Origin: Lytechinus pictus
Taxonomy: Eukaryota
DNA: 64,000 nt
Direction: 5' to 3'
NCBI RefSeq assembly: GCF_037042905.1
Contig: NC_087246.1
Location: 4,094,001-4,158,000, forward strand
The notes beneath the pieces were generated by a model. The model did no database searches. It saw only the letters and a program-made list of their open reading frames with translations, and was not told the origin of the DNA. The stretch's first letter is position 1. Every line of letters starts with the position of its first letter. Below are positions 13,280-26,265 of this stretch, one piece after another. The position numbers and the translations under genes were made by a program.

Positions 13280-15606
13280 TAATATTAATAATACATATGA
13301 TGTATATAGCGTCTTTTCCATTTTGGTTAAATGCTCAAGGCGCTTAGAAGAGAGCAAACATATAAGTAAAGAGAACTACCAGTATTAAGAGATGTACAAG
13401 AAAGGGTATATTACAAATAAGGAAAAATGTCTGTCTTCAAACCTAGTACCTGCTGGTGAACAAATGCAATTTTAGGTTGCCCTTAAAATTGTTGCAGAGT
13501 TTGAGTTCTTCAGCTCCTGTGGTAGTGAATTCCACATTGCTGGTCCGGCATGAGTGAAGGCTCGATCGCCCCATGATTTTTTAGATAGTGGAATATGTAA
13601 GAGACTAGATTGGGATGATTGCAGTGTGCGTGCAGGTTGATAGTGGTGTATAAGAGACTTCTTGTAATTGGGTGTGGATCCATTGATGATATGATGAACC
13701 AAAAGTAGAATCTTAAAAACTATGCGATCCTTTATGGGCAACCAATGGAGGTCTTTAAGAACAGGAGTGATGTGATCGTGTTTATTTGACAGAGAAACAA
13801 TGCAAGCTGCTGACTTCTGAAGTTTTTGAAGTCGGGTAATTTTAGAGTTAGGGATATTAAAGAGAAGACTATTACCAAAATCGAGACGTGAGGAGATGAG
13901 TGAGTGCACAAGTTTCTCTGTTGAAGAACGAGTTAAATATTTTCGAATGAAAACAATGTTACCCAATTGATAGGGGACAGATTTACAAATACTTGTGACT
14001 TGATTTGACATTGACATTTGGGAATCGAAAATGACACCAAGATTGCAGCATGAATCAGAGAGAGGAACAGGATTACCAGAAATGAAAATGGAGTCTATGT
14101 TAAGTTAATTGAGATTTGGAGCCAAAAAGCATGAACTCACATTTACTGTGGTTCAGTTGCAGAGAATTTGATTTCATCCAGATGTCAATAGCAGAAATGC
14201 AATTTTCCAAAATGCGCAAAGCTTGGGAAGCTTGAATTTGGTCCGGTGGAAAAGAGACAAAAACCTGTATATCATCGGCATAAATATGGTAATGAACAGG
14301 GTGATTTTGAAAAATATGGCGAAGACCAAGTAGGTAAATTGAAAATAAGGTCGGTACGCCTACAGAGCCCTGCGGTACTCCACTACCTAATGACCGTGAG
14401 GAGGATCCGAGGATGTGAAACCATCAAGAACGACAGACTGTGAATGGTATGATAGGTAAGATCTAAACCATTCAAGAGCCTGGTCCTGGATACCTAAGCT
14501 TGCAAGAGTATTTACAAGTATCTTGTGATCTACTGTATCGAAGGCCGAAGACAGATCTAATAGGACCAATGCTGTAGCAGATCCAGAGTCCATTTTCTGC
14601 AATATAAAACTAGAAATGTTTATGAGTAGGGTCTCAACACTATGATGAGGTCGGTAAGCCGACTGAAAAGGGTCAAGTAAATTGTGTTTTGACAAATATT
14701 CCTTCAGTCTAGTGAACACAACTCTCTCAAGGATCTTAAACAGAAAGGGAAGATTACAAACTTACTGATAATTCTTCAGGGATTCCCGATCCAAGGAGGG
14801 TTTTTTCAACAGAGGACGAATCAGAGCAGACTTTAAAACAGAAGGCTTAGTAGCCTGATCTATACTGAGGAATAACAATTTGACAAATAATTGGGGCAAA
14901 AGTGGAAGCACAGTCCTTTACTAGAATAGTAGGAACAGGATCTAATTGGCAAGATTTGGGAGGCAGTTTACGAATTAGGGAATTGGTGGTGATTTTTTAC
15001 CTGATTGCTAAGAAAGCATGAATGCTTGTAAGCAAGCAACCAGAGGACCGACGGCTTAAGGTCCTCTCCGAAGGACCTGGTACTGAGGATTAATGCCTTA
15101 CCAAAGGGCACTAGCGCACCAATTGGGAATCGAACCCGGGTCACCGGAATACGAGTCCCCCGCTCTACCGACTGAGCTATCGCGCCAAAAGACAAAAGAA
15201 TTTTGTCTGCGCTGGTATGTTGAAAAGTCCCGAGGTAGGAAGAGGTGACTGGCTCTGACTCAGATGGCACACTATGATGTAGACTATTTCGGATTTTATT
15301 TACTTTAGAGTGAAAAACTTGATAAATGTTTCAGCCATCGAACTACCATCGGTGTAAGTTGGTAGAGGAGCAGACTGCTTCCGGTTCAGAAGTCAATTTG
15401 CAACGTTGAACAGTTTCTTGTGATCATTCCCACAATTTTCGATGAGTCTGGTGTGATATGAGCGCTTGGCTTGTGAAACAAGGTAGTTCACACAGTCTCG
15501 CTGAGCACAGAATGACTGATGGTCTGCTTGGAGCTTGCCGTTGTTGCGCCATCTCCTTTTAAGTCTCCGCCGCATCTTCTTTGCATCCGAGATATCAGAG
15601 TTACAC
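13280..15606 (-). mobile_element. 5'-truncated L2-clade LINE inserted in the family-A HINE
   Basis: ORF fragments QSAYRPHHSVET, LLDLSSAFDTVDH, SRLDFGNSLL, HITPVLKDLHWLP; (ATT)-like tail at ~13280; host sequence resumes at ~15607. Confidence 0.92.
14973..15186 (-). mobile_element. tRNA-derived SINE inserted into the L2 ORF2
   Basis: GGCGCGATAGCTCAGTCGGTAGAGCG...GGTTCGATTCC head; body TTCGGAGAGGACCTTAAGCCGTCGGTCC; removing it restores the L2 frame DKILLSF/RKLPPKSCQLDP. Confidence 0.9.
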
Positions 15607-16072
15607 CACGTGGAAAAATGGAGTAATTGGTCAAGCAAGAAAAGTGGAAGGTGGCGACTTCACCTTTGACCGTCTGACCTCAAAATCAATAGAATTGCTG
15701 AGATCTATGCTAGTATCAAACACATCAAATTATATGAGCCTAGGTTAAGTTAAACTGAAGTTATCGCCTTTACAAGGACTGCAGAAGGGTGAGATGAAAA
15801 CATGTCACTGTGATCTTGACCTTCTGATCTCAAAATCAATAGGCTTTTTGGGATCCATGCTAGTATCATACACACCAAATTATATGAGCCTAGATTAAGT
15901 TAAACTACTTGTATGTATTGTAAAGTAATTGTGTTTGCGGACTGCAGAAGGGAAAGATGAAAACATGTCACTGTGAACTTGACCTTTTACCTTTTGACCT
16001 CAAAATTGATAGGCTTCGTGGGATCCATGCTAGTATCATACACACCAAATTATATGAGCCTAGGTTTAGTTT

Positions 16073-17036
16073 AACAAGTGGAATGCCTCTGGCCGTCTCA
16101 CCTGCATCACGCGATTCAATATAGCAGCAGTGCTGATTTTTAAAACTACTATAACTCGCATAAAAGATGTTCAGTGATACTTGGTTACTCTTATTTCCAC
16201 GTTTTATGAACTAGACCAATACACTTATAGAGATATGATGGCAATTCAACAAATACCCCCAACGTGGCCAAAGTTCTTTGACCTTACATGACCTTTGACC
16301 TTGATCATGTGACCTGAAACTCGCACAGGATGTTCAGTGATACTTGATTACTATTATGTCCAAGTTTTATGAACTAGACCAACACACTTTCAAATTTATG
16401 GCTGTAATTCAACAAATACCCCAATTTGGCCAAAGTTCATTGACCCTAAATGACCTTTGACCTTGATCATGTGACCTGAAACTTGCACAGGATGTTCAGT
16501 AATACTTGATTACTATTATGTCCAAGTTTCATGAATCAGATCCATAAACTTTCAACGTTATGATGGTAATTCAACAGATACCCCCAATTCGGCCAAAGTT
16601 CATTGACCCTAAATGACCTTTGACCTTGGTCATGTGATGTGAAACTCATGCAGGATGTTCAGTGATACTTGATTAACCTTATGTATAAGTTTCATGAACT
16701 AGGTCCATATATTTTCTAAGTTATGATGACATTTCAAAAACTTAACCTTAGGTTAAGATTTTGATGTTGATTCCCCCAACATGGTCTAAGTTCATTGACC
16801 CTAAATGACCTTTGACCTTGGTCATGTGACATGAAACTCAGGCAGGATGTTCAGTAATACTTGATTAACCTTATGGCCAAGTTTCATGAACTAGGTCCAT
16901 ATACTTTCTAAGTTATGCTGTCATTTCAAAAACTTAACCTCAGGTTAAGATTTGGTGTTGACGCCGCCGTCGCCGTCGCCGCCGCCGTCGGAAAAGCGGC
17001 GCCTATAGTCTCACTCTGCTATGCAGGTGAGACAAA
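16073..17036. mobile_element. Helentron-associated (HINE/Pearl-like) element, family B, nested in family A
   Basis: Subterminal IR GTCTCACCTGCAT / ATGCAGGTGAGAC, terminal hairpin, about five ~160-190-bp tandem units, (GCC)n microsatellite; inserted at an AA/TT site with no TSD. Confidence 0.8.
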
Positions 17037-17950
17037 AACTGAAGTTATCGTATTTACAAGGATTGCAGAAGGGGGAGATGAAAACATGTCACTATGACCT
17101 TGACCTTTGACCTAAAAGTCAATAGTATTCCTGGGATCCATGCTAGTATCATACTGTACATACCAAATTATATGAGCCTTACATGTAGGTTATTAAAAGT
17201 TAAACTGAAATTATCGCATTTACAAGGAAAAGTTAACGGATGGACGGACAGACAGACACCTAGCGTGATACCATAATACGTCCCGTCTAGGACGGGCATA
17301 TAATAATTCAATAACTTCATTATTTCTTCAGAGATTTTTATGACATTTTCTGCATTTTGCTTGGTGAATTTTACTCTATTTTATACGTTGTCTGTCTATG
17401 ACGGATCACCTCTTAATTTTGTCAGAATTTTCTTATTTTTATTTTATTTTTTTTAATTTTTATAGCCAAACTTTCTTGTTTTCTCCGGGTTGGCTCTCTC
17501 AATTTTACTGAATTTCATGTCATCTGTAAAGTCTAATAGAGATGCGATAGCAGCTTTTCAATGTCATCTGGTCATGATGATGTCATCTACATGTAGGTGC
17601 CATTTTGTAAAATTTATATGATCAAATTCGTTTGATCATATCTACATAACGGATAATCAATAATCACATTTACATCAAATAAACTTTAGGTCAAAGGTCA
17701 ATTGTCAAAGTTGTCAAAGGTCATGCAGAGGCCATGACGCGTGTGTACATGTTATGTACGCGCGTGTCAAAATTAAGAAATGCTCAAAACCGCCTATGAT
17801 TGATTTTCAGTACGTTTCAAGCGCATTTTCGGGTGTAACAGCCTTACACAATAAAAAATCGCTGTTTTTTCTATGTGTCTGCATCAATGATGTACAGCAC
17901 CCATTAAAGTTTGCAGCATGCGAGCTCTTTCCATAGGTTCTACATATATA

Positions 17951-18768
17951 CAGTGCGTCCCACAAAAAACGAAACCGAGATTTATCGATGATTTATCATA
18001 ACTTAATCGCAAATACAATAAACAAATGACCTACCATTTTATAGCTTAGAATCTCCTCTTTCATCTGAAATTACTTAGATTATTTCTCATTCACGCATGA
18101 GTGAGCAAAAACAATTTAAAAAGGGGATACCAAAAGTCACTTGGCGGGCCGTATCTGGGTTTTAAAAAGAAAACCACATTTTTGAAAAGTTCGATATCTG
18201 CTCTTTAATTTGATACCTCAATTACAGAAAATGGTCAAGAAATAACAAAGTTCTGGTTATTTGAAATAAGGCTTGAATTTCAACAATTTCATAAAATGAA
18301 GAGGTTTTACAGGCTAGCGTTCAAACTCGCTCGACACTCCGTTTTGTTGACGATCAGCCATGCATTAAGTCTTTTGTTACCGTGCGATAGCTTCTGTGGG
18401 AAACCGGTGAAAACACGTTTATTTAATGAAATTATGGAAATACAAGCATTGTTTTGAGGGATCATAACTTTTTTACTACTTGACCATTTTCTGTGATTTA
18501 GGTATCAAAGAAAAGAGAAGATATTGAACTTTTTAGTCATGTGATTTTCTTTTTGAAATTCAGATACCCCCCGCCAAATGAGTTTTTGGCATCCTTTCTT
18601 CGGATTGTTTTTGCTCAATCATGCGTGAATGAGGAATAATCTAAGTAATACCAGATGAAAGAGGAGATTCTAAGCTTTACATTGGTAGGTCATTTGTCTA
18701 TTTTATTTATGATTAAGTTATGATAAATCATCGCTAAATATCGGTTTCGTTTTTTCTGGGACGCACTG
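17951..18768. mobile_element. Tc1/mariner-type palindromic MITE, copy 1
   Basis: CAGTGCGTCCCA...TGGGACGCACTG termini, long imperfect inverted arms, TA on the left flank. Confidence 0.88.
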
Positions 18769-19864
18769 TTTAGGCAAAAACATGCCTATTCCCTGTAGGC
18801 AGTAGCTCTTCAGCACGAACGGGGACCTCTGATTTTTTTTCATATTTCGATAAAATATAAATCATCGATATGATTTTCATGTGTCATTTGACCCTCAATG
18901 ATATCATGATGTCATCAAAATGGCGTAAGAACTCAAAATTTCTATTTTGTGTGTTATGAGGTCATCATAATTATCCAAATTTGACGCTACATGTAACTCC
19001 GTACATATTGGTCAATTTTTGCCCAATGTTCGATAAGATGTAGCTGACGGCTTACTCGTTCTGAGTCATTGCCTTTATTTTTCATTTCGATGATTTCAAG
19101 AATCATCCTGAAAAATGTCAATTTTGAGGGGCATGTCATTTAGGCTCCAGTGCTCCATTTCTACCTTTCAAGGGCTACTTTTTGCATTTCGGGGGCTCTT
19201 TTCAAATGCTACTTTTTTGTATTTGGAGGAATACCTGTTCAATGAATTACTACTTATTGTTTGATATTGTATGATTTTATAAGTTATTTTTTCCATGTTT
19301 AGAATCTTGGATGTGGGTGTGACAGTACTGTGACTGTGAGTTGAACTTGGATATTTAATGAATTCAATATCTAATTTCTACTCTCTCTATTCCAGTACAA
19401 TAACCTGTACTCGGCCATGGTAATAAAGACACATACAATGTATACCCTAACTTTTCCTGAAGTTCTTTGAAAATGCAGATCTCCACGAAAATTGCATTTC
19501 TCTATGGGGGAGCCTAAATTTGGTGAGAATGTATTCATTAATAACTTAAATATATGACAATGACAATGAAGAAATCATCAAAGTTTATTGGCAGTAAAAA
19601 AGGAAAAGTTAGACGTCTATGTCGCGTATATGTTTTGGTATCGATCGGCCATTTTGTTTTCAATTTTGACAGAAGGAGAAAGAACGAGACAGAACTTTTC
19701 CTTTTATTGAGGGTCCAGTTTTGTGCCTTGATGTAAAGGATTAGTGTGTCACAACTCACAATAGACCTTCATCCATGTAATCGAGGTAAGTACATAATTT
19801 ATTTTTCCCCTTTTATTTGGAGTGCTAGTGCAACCACATTCTACCCAATTTTGGAAAGTATATG

Positions 19865-21633
19865 GGCATAATCGTGATATAGTCCCAAAATAAAAAAATG
19901 GGGATTATTTGAATCACACCTACCAGAACACATGAAAATCACTTCCTTTCTCCAGAACACAGTCCCCAACTCGATCTCGCACAGCTCGAGAACTTGCGAA
20001 ATGATAACACACACAAATGAAACACACTTACACAAGTTGGGTTCTCTCCCTATTATAAACTCGTGATACAGTCCCCACTCTACGGGAAATCAAGTTTGAT
20101 TTTCACAGCGGTGGGGACAGTTTCAACAGTATAGTATACTCGTGATGCAGTCCCCGCGCTATGGGATACACAGTTCACTTTGCACGCAGTGGGGACAGTT
20201 CCAACAGTATAACCTATACTCGTGATACAATCCCCACGCTATGGGATACACATTTCGTTTGGCACGCAGTGGGGATAGCTCCAACAGTATATTATACTTG
20301 TAATACCGTCCCCTCACAACATAAGATCGTGCTCGTTCGACAAGAGGATGGGGACAGTTTCCCAGTGCAACGTGACAAGGAAGACTCATTCAAAACCTTC
20401 GGGAATTATTATTATTATTGTCATCATCATATATATTATCATTATTATCATTTCATCATAATTATCATTATTATCATTTTATCATAATTATCATTATTAT
20501 TATTTTATTATAATCATCATTATCGATAATAATGATAATTATGATAAAATGATAATTATGATAAAATGATAACAATAAAATTATAATAATGGTAATTATG
20601 GCGAAATTATCATTTTATCATAATTATCAACAATAAAATAATAATAATGATAATTATGATAAAATGATCATTTTATTATAATTATCATTATTATTTTATT
20701 GTTATTTAATCATAATTATCGTTATTATTATTATTTCTATCATCATCATACATCATTATTATTCTTTATCATTGTTGTTATTATTATTGTTATTATCCTT
20801 TATTATATTATTATTATTTTTATTGTCAATATTTTGTTATCATTATTAATATAGTTTTATTATCATCATCATAATAAATATTATTCTTTATTGTTGTTGT
20901 TATTATTATCATCATAATAGTGATAAAATAGTATAATAAATTATTATATTATTATTATCATTATTATTCTTTATCATTGGAAATGTGCCCCTTCCATCCA
21001 GTCCGATCCTTGTATTTCATTTAATTCCTTCAAATGAAATCATTGTAGACTCATTCATAACTTTTGGGTATTATCGTAATTATTATCATCATTATTGTCA
21101 TTATTTTTGATGGTATTTATTTATTTTTTACTTATTATTGTTATCCTTATTTTTTGTTAACATTATTTATCTTTTTATTATTTTCATAATAATAATTATC
21201 ATTATTATTATTCTCTATTATTACCATTATATTAACCTTTATCATAATTATTATCAAAATCATTATTTTATTAATCTTTATTTCATCATCCCCATCATTA
21301 TACATTTATACTATTGTTGTTATCATTACTTTACTTTCATTTCCATCACATATTTGTATTGATTACTTTAATGCTTTTGGGTGACTCTCTCAATAATAAC
21401 AACAATAATGAAAATGATGCCAATGATGATAATAATTATGATAATAATTAATACCCAAACCCAAGTGTAAGTGTGTTTTATTTGTGTGTGTTATCATTTC
21501 GCAAGTTCTCGAGCTGTGCGAGATCGAGTTGGGGACTGTGTTCTGGAGAAAGGAAGTGATTTTCATGCGTTCTGGTAGGTGTGATTCTAATAATCCCCAT
21601 TTTTGGATTTGGGGACTGTATCACAATTATGCC
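19865..21633. mobile_element. Mutator-like fold-back element with ~170-bp TIRs and 9-bp TSD
   Basis: 19865-20033 is the near-perfect reverse complement of 21465-21633; flanks AAGTATATG / GAGTATATG (8/9 match); interior has ~80-bp tandem units and ~1 kb of ATT/ATC low-complexity sequence. Confidence 0.85.
20400..21450. repeat. ATT/ATC low-complexity tract inside the Mutator-like element
   Basis: Degenerate trinucleotide repeats with local strand switches around 20520-20670. Confidence 0.85.
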
Positions 21634-22242
21634 GAGTATATGTTTGACTAGTATTACACGGACGAGTCCTGGGCTCCGGCCCCCTTTGCGGGCCGGAGCT
21701 CCCTGGGTTAACGACTAACGACAACGTAATTAATAATAAAAATAATAGTTCAAGAAAGATAAAAATTAATTCAAGGTAAAAATAAAATTTCATAATTTAT
21801 CTGAGATAAAAAAAGATCTCAGAATATCAATTTATATTGAAAGATAAGATGAAATATTTTAAAGATAAATGGCCTCATAATAACGCCCCAAGGTATGACA
21901 CCTGATCGATCGGCGATGAGTGAGTGACCCCGAACCAGCGGCGCAGGCGAGAGAATACAGTGTTCGACTAGTGGGTGGGGTCGCTCCAACTGAACGAAAC
22001 GAAAAAAAATAAACACCTTAAAATTAACACACTTTTCGATTGATAGAAACATCCTTAAATGGGGAAAATTCGAATACACGTATGCAGTCATATGTGAAAT
22101 TCATCTGGCTTATATCTTATTTTATTCATACCGTTTAGAATATGAAAAATAGTGTCATTTACAGAGGTGTCATTGGACGAAACAGTCATCACAAATTGAC
22201 AAAAGTCCGTACCGCCGACCGGTCATTTCGCTGTTTACTTAC

Positions 22243-22272
22243 CCTTTTCAACGACCCTAAACGATCTCTCAT
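22243..22272 (-). CDS. STX1: Syntaxin-1, coding exon 1 (MRDRLGSLKR)
   Basis: ATG AGA GAT CGT TTA GGG TCG TTG AAA AGG followed by GTAAGT donor; 30 nt; resembles the syntaxin-1 N-peptide (MKDRxxxL) and joins exon 2 in phase 0. Confidence 0.9.
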
Positions 22273-22660
22273 TCTGAAAGTAAAACTTCTCTGAATAAAT
22301 CCAATCGTCTACGTAAGTATTCCTGAATTGAGACAAAATATCGCTGCGGTGCGTGTAAATCCAAATAATCCAAGAAGAAAAATCTTAGTTCGTTGTATTG
22401 AGTCCATTCATTGACTTACGTGCAAAGTCAATGTAAGTAAGATTACACGCAAGTCAATGAAATTTTGCTGAAGCACAATTGATCGCTGACATACGCGTTG
22501 TATATTTATCGCGGAGACGATCCCGGGATAAGCGAACAGAGCTCGGGCTACTTTACTGCATTGCCGTTTTAGAGATTATCCTCAGATTTTTTTTATCTTC
22601 ACGTTGAACTCGCCACATCTCTGGAACTCTCAGTTTCCAAGCACATAACGTCACAGCAAA
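22273..22660 (-). promoter_or_regulatory. Probable 5' leader / proximal promoter of syntaxin-1
   Basis: CpG-retaining non-repetitive sequence directly upstream of the ATG. The TSS cannot be determined, and ttttactttcag just before the ATG could alternatively be an acceptor for an upstream non-coding exon. Confidence 0.45.
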
Positions 22661-22789
22661 AATTAAAATTACATAATAACAAATCTTGTATTTAAAGTAT
22701 TGTTTGGAAGAATTTGAATAAGAAAACGGAGAAGAAGAAGAAGAAGGAGGAGGAAGAAGAAAAATAAACCTAATTTCATATAATAAAAT

Positions 22790-23662
22790 ACATTATTAAT
22801 TATTAATGTATATGATTACAGGAATATCCCCAATTATTCATCCTTTTCATGATTTACGAAACATGAATAGGGTTTGTAGGTCTAAATATCGAGTTTTTAT
22901 TTATACCTATATCCTGTTCACGATTACAAAAAGTGCTTGGAATTTCCATTATTTTGGTAGAAATGTCAAAAAATTTTAGTTCGCGCTTGGCGCATTATTA
23001 ATTTAGGAAGATCCCCAATTACTTATCCTTTTCATTATTTACAAAACATGAATAGAGTGTGACGTTTTTAGGTCTAAATCTCGAATTTTCCCGCTCTCCA
23101 TCAATTGTTTAGTTAGGGGCCTATAATACCTATCCTGTTCACGATTACAAAAAAGTGTTTGGAATTTCCATTCTTTTGGTAGAAATGTAAAAAATGTTCA
23201 GCTCGCGCTTTGCGCTCGCATTATTTGATTGTTGAAATATATAACGTCTTCATGCAGAGGCGTCGATCCTGGGGGGGGGGGGCAGAGGGGGCGATCGCCC
23301 CACCAATATTGGGGGGGGGGCAAACATATCAATTTGCCCCCCCCCCCAATAATTCCGCATACTGTGCAAAAATAAAATAAGATTGTAATTTTACACAGAA
23401 ATCAGCAAGCGAGATTGAGATACCAACTCGTTCTTTATTTAAAATCGTGCTAAAAATGTCCGCTTTTCAGATTGGAATATAAAAATTTTCTGCTTGCGCT
23501 TTATGTTGATTTAAAAGAATAAAGCTATAAAATAAGAAGTGACTATTAGGACTACCCCTTCAAAGAAACAATAAAAATCAACTTCGAGCGGCCGATTGGG
23601 GATAATATGGCTGAAAACATTTTCTCCCCCCCCCCTATTGGCGAAGGCTGGATCCACCCCTG
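22790..23662. mobile_element. Chimeric remnant of two hAT-like non-autonomous families
   Basis: Homologous to 34980-35510 but interrupted at 23255 by a CAGAGGCGTCGATCC end that matches the reverse complement of 32900-33140. Confidence 0.65.
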
Positions 23663-24408
23663 TATACTTGCATGTCATGTCATGTTCATAACGATATTAT
23701 TGTAGGCCTCTTAGCCTATTATGTAGATAAAAGTAGGGCGGACATGCCCCGTCGCAAAAGGAGCGAACTAGCACCACTGGGCAGCCATTTTCTTTTCCCT
23801 TCTTTTTCGCAAAATTTACAACATAATTATGTTGAAGTATCAAAGGCATATTTCAGTAAGCAAATATCATAATTTTCTATCCCCCCCAAAAAATATTATA
23901 ACTGCATCCATGATTGTCTGTATAGGAAAAAATACAAGGAATTTGAACATCTGTTTTTTACAAAATGTCATCGAAATGGACGAGTCACCCTAGATTTCTG
24001 GAACTCCGAGCAGAATGACCTCTCGCCAAGGTATCTTGCTACCTTTAGGTATAGGTTGATATTACATCATCAACAAAACTTATATCCAACCCCATCTTGC
24101 CCCTTCAAAACTTTGACTCATTACTATACTATGAATTTCTAAAAAAAGTCGTAATAAAATCAAAGTGAAAAGAACAGATTTGAAGCAACGATTCATAATT
24201 TTAAAGGTCAATTTTTTTAATCGTAGTGTAGATTGATAATTTATTTTATTAAGATACATAACAAAAGAAAGAGGAGCCCAGTGGTAATAATATTGACCAT
24301 CTGGTTTTCGACTAACTATTGTAACCATCCAATGGTATCAGGCATTCTATTCACAATTAGAATTTCTTGCAAACCGAGAGTCCGTTACTATCTCCATGAT
24401 ATCAGTAA

Positions 24409-24573
24409 TACCTCGGTCACATTTGCTCTAAGGCGGCCGTACGGCGAGTCCGAAAACAACCGTTTTATTCATTTTTATTCAAACCACCTATATTTAGCTG
24501 GTACAAAAAAAATGTTAAAACGACTGTTTTCGACTCGCCTTACGGCCGCCGTAGAACAAATGTGACCGAGGTA
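24409..24573. mobile_element. PIF/Harbinger-type MITE, copy 1
   Basis: TACCTCGGTCACATTTG...CAAATGTGACCGAGGTA, ~55-bp inverted arms, TAA on both flanks. Confidence 0.85.
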
Positions 24574-24653
24574 TAATGCTGTATTCAACAGAAAACAATA
24601 AGTAGGTTATTCTTTTTTTGGTGGGAACATCAAACATCACATTAGTAGTCAAT

Positions 24654-25292
24654 AGCGCGTTTTCGCCCAGCGTCGTACGACGTAGAACGTAAGGGTCGTG
24701 TGCAAAAATCGCCAACTTCCATGGAAACAGAGGCCCGAGCGTTCTTGAGCTCAAATCACGGACGGTTCTTGCGCAAATTAGCGGGCGTCCGCATTAGAAC
24801 GTAGGATTTGTCAACAGCCGTCAACAGCCAATCAGATCGCTTGTAGAGCGAGCAAGCTGAGCCGATGTAAACACATTCGCCCATCGCGTGCATGCACATG
24901 TTGTACTCTACTCTGACTACACTGATAGCTGAAAGCTTCAAAACATGGACTCGAATGCGAGTTTTTCGGCGAGTACCATTTCAATTATACTAAAATCAAG
25001 CTAAGTATAATTTCAAAATGTTACAGTAGAAGTTTAAACAAGTATGATTATTGAAATATGATTGAAAAGCCGTTGCATGGCTCGGTCGACGACGCGACTG
25101 CAAGACACATGGCACTGCCAGTTGTGTGCACATAGTAGGAACATATACAATGCATATGTTGGCGGTCGATCCGGCCGCGTTCAGCGATTTGCGAAACTGC
25201 TTACAAGCGAGAGTTGAGCGCGACGGACGCACGAACCAAGAGATCGTTCTACGTCGTAGATAGCGTCGTACGACGCTGGGCGAAAACGCGCT
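24654..25292. mobile_element. MITE with 29-bp perfect TIR and AAT TSD (PIF/Harbinger-related)
   Basis: AGCGCGTTTTCGCCCAGCGTCGTACGACG at both ends in inverted orientation; AAT at 24651-24653 and 25293-25295. Confidence 0.8.
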
Positions 25293-26265
25293 AATAATGT
25301 CCCTGCAGTAGTCAATAGTGTAAACAGCACCCTCTATGGTAGAATACAATACACTCTAAATCGGTATTCCAATTTCCAATCAGGGACGCATCCGGCCAGC
25401 TTTCGTCTCGACATTAACGGAGAATGAAGGTTTGCATATCAACATTAATATTTGAATAGAAAACATTATTAACTACAATTTGATGAATCGGGCAGGTCTG
25501 TATGCCCCGAAATAACAAAGTTATTCAACTTTTAAAATGCAATCATCGTCTGCTACGAGACGCGTATTCGACCTGGCTTTAGCCTTATAATTGGCTTTAG
25601 TGTCAAAACACTAAAATAATGAAAAAGGGTATCTATTTCGCTAGGAAAGCTATACGTGCATGTTTAGGGTCAAATTTGCGAGGGCATAAAAAATTAAGAA
25701 TAAAATGTTTTATAAAGGATGTACCTTTTGCCCCAACAGTCGACACTTCGTGTTTAGAGTACGATTTGTGGGAGGTGAGAAACCCAATGATGTAGGTAAA
25801 GAGAAAAACCGACGACCGCCGTCCGTGACATAACAATTAAAATATCGCCGTACTTGTTAAGGGGTAATGTTAAGGGTAGGGTTTTACACGCCAATACTTG
25901 TTAAGGGGTGCATTTTCAGAATATGGAAAATACTTGTGATTTTTGAGAACCCAGCATGGTCGCGCGTGGTATCCACTCGTCAATGGAAGTGCCCCCGGGT
26001 TAATTAGTAAAAAAAGCCGTATAATTATCATAATTTTAGAAAGAAAACATTTATGGTTTACTTCCGTAAACTATTAAAATTGGATATCAAGGGGGTACCC
26101 ATCTAAACGTCCACAATGTGATATTTTAGTCATTAAATTTAATTATTGAAAATTTCATTTTCTCAGAAATTGAATACTCCATTCTTCACGGTTTAAGTAT
26201 ATGTAATAATTATGATGCGTATTATTTTTACCTCTGTTGTTATTTTGATTAAATGTATTTCCTAA

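Larger units (their letters stand above)
13235..17303. mobile_element. Helentron-associated (HINE/Pearl-like) element, family A, split by an L2 and by a second HINE
   Basis: Collinear with the uninterrupted copy at 36418-37013: AACAAGAGTGTCGCTAAGG start, ~150-170-bp TGACCT-rich tandem units, GGAC/AGAC microsatellite and terminal hairpin. Confidence 0.8.

Noticed and set aside
15110..15186. tRNA gene (CGT anticodon-like loop)
   Set aside because: It runs directly into a SINE body with no terminator and interrupts an L2 ORF; the same applies to the other tRNA-like heads.
20058..20330. Palindromic, regularly spaced ~80-bp repeats resembling a CRISPR array
   Set aside because: The intervening sequences are homologous to each other, there are no cas genes, the context is eukaryotic, and the repeats lie inside a TIR element.
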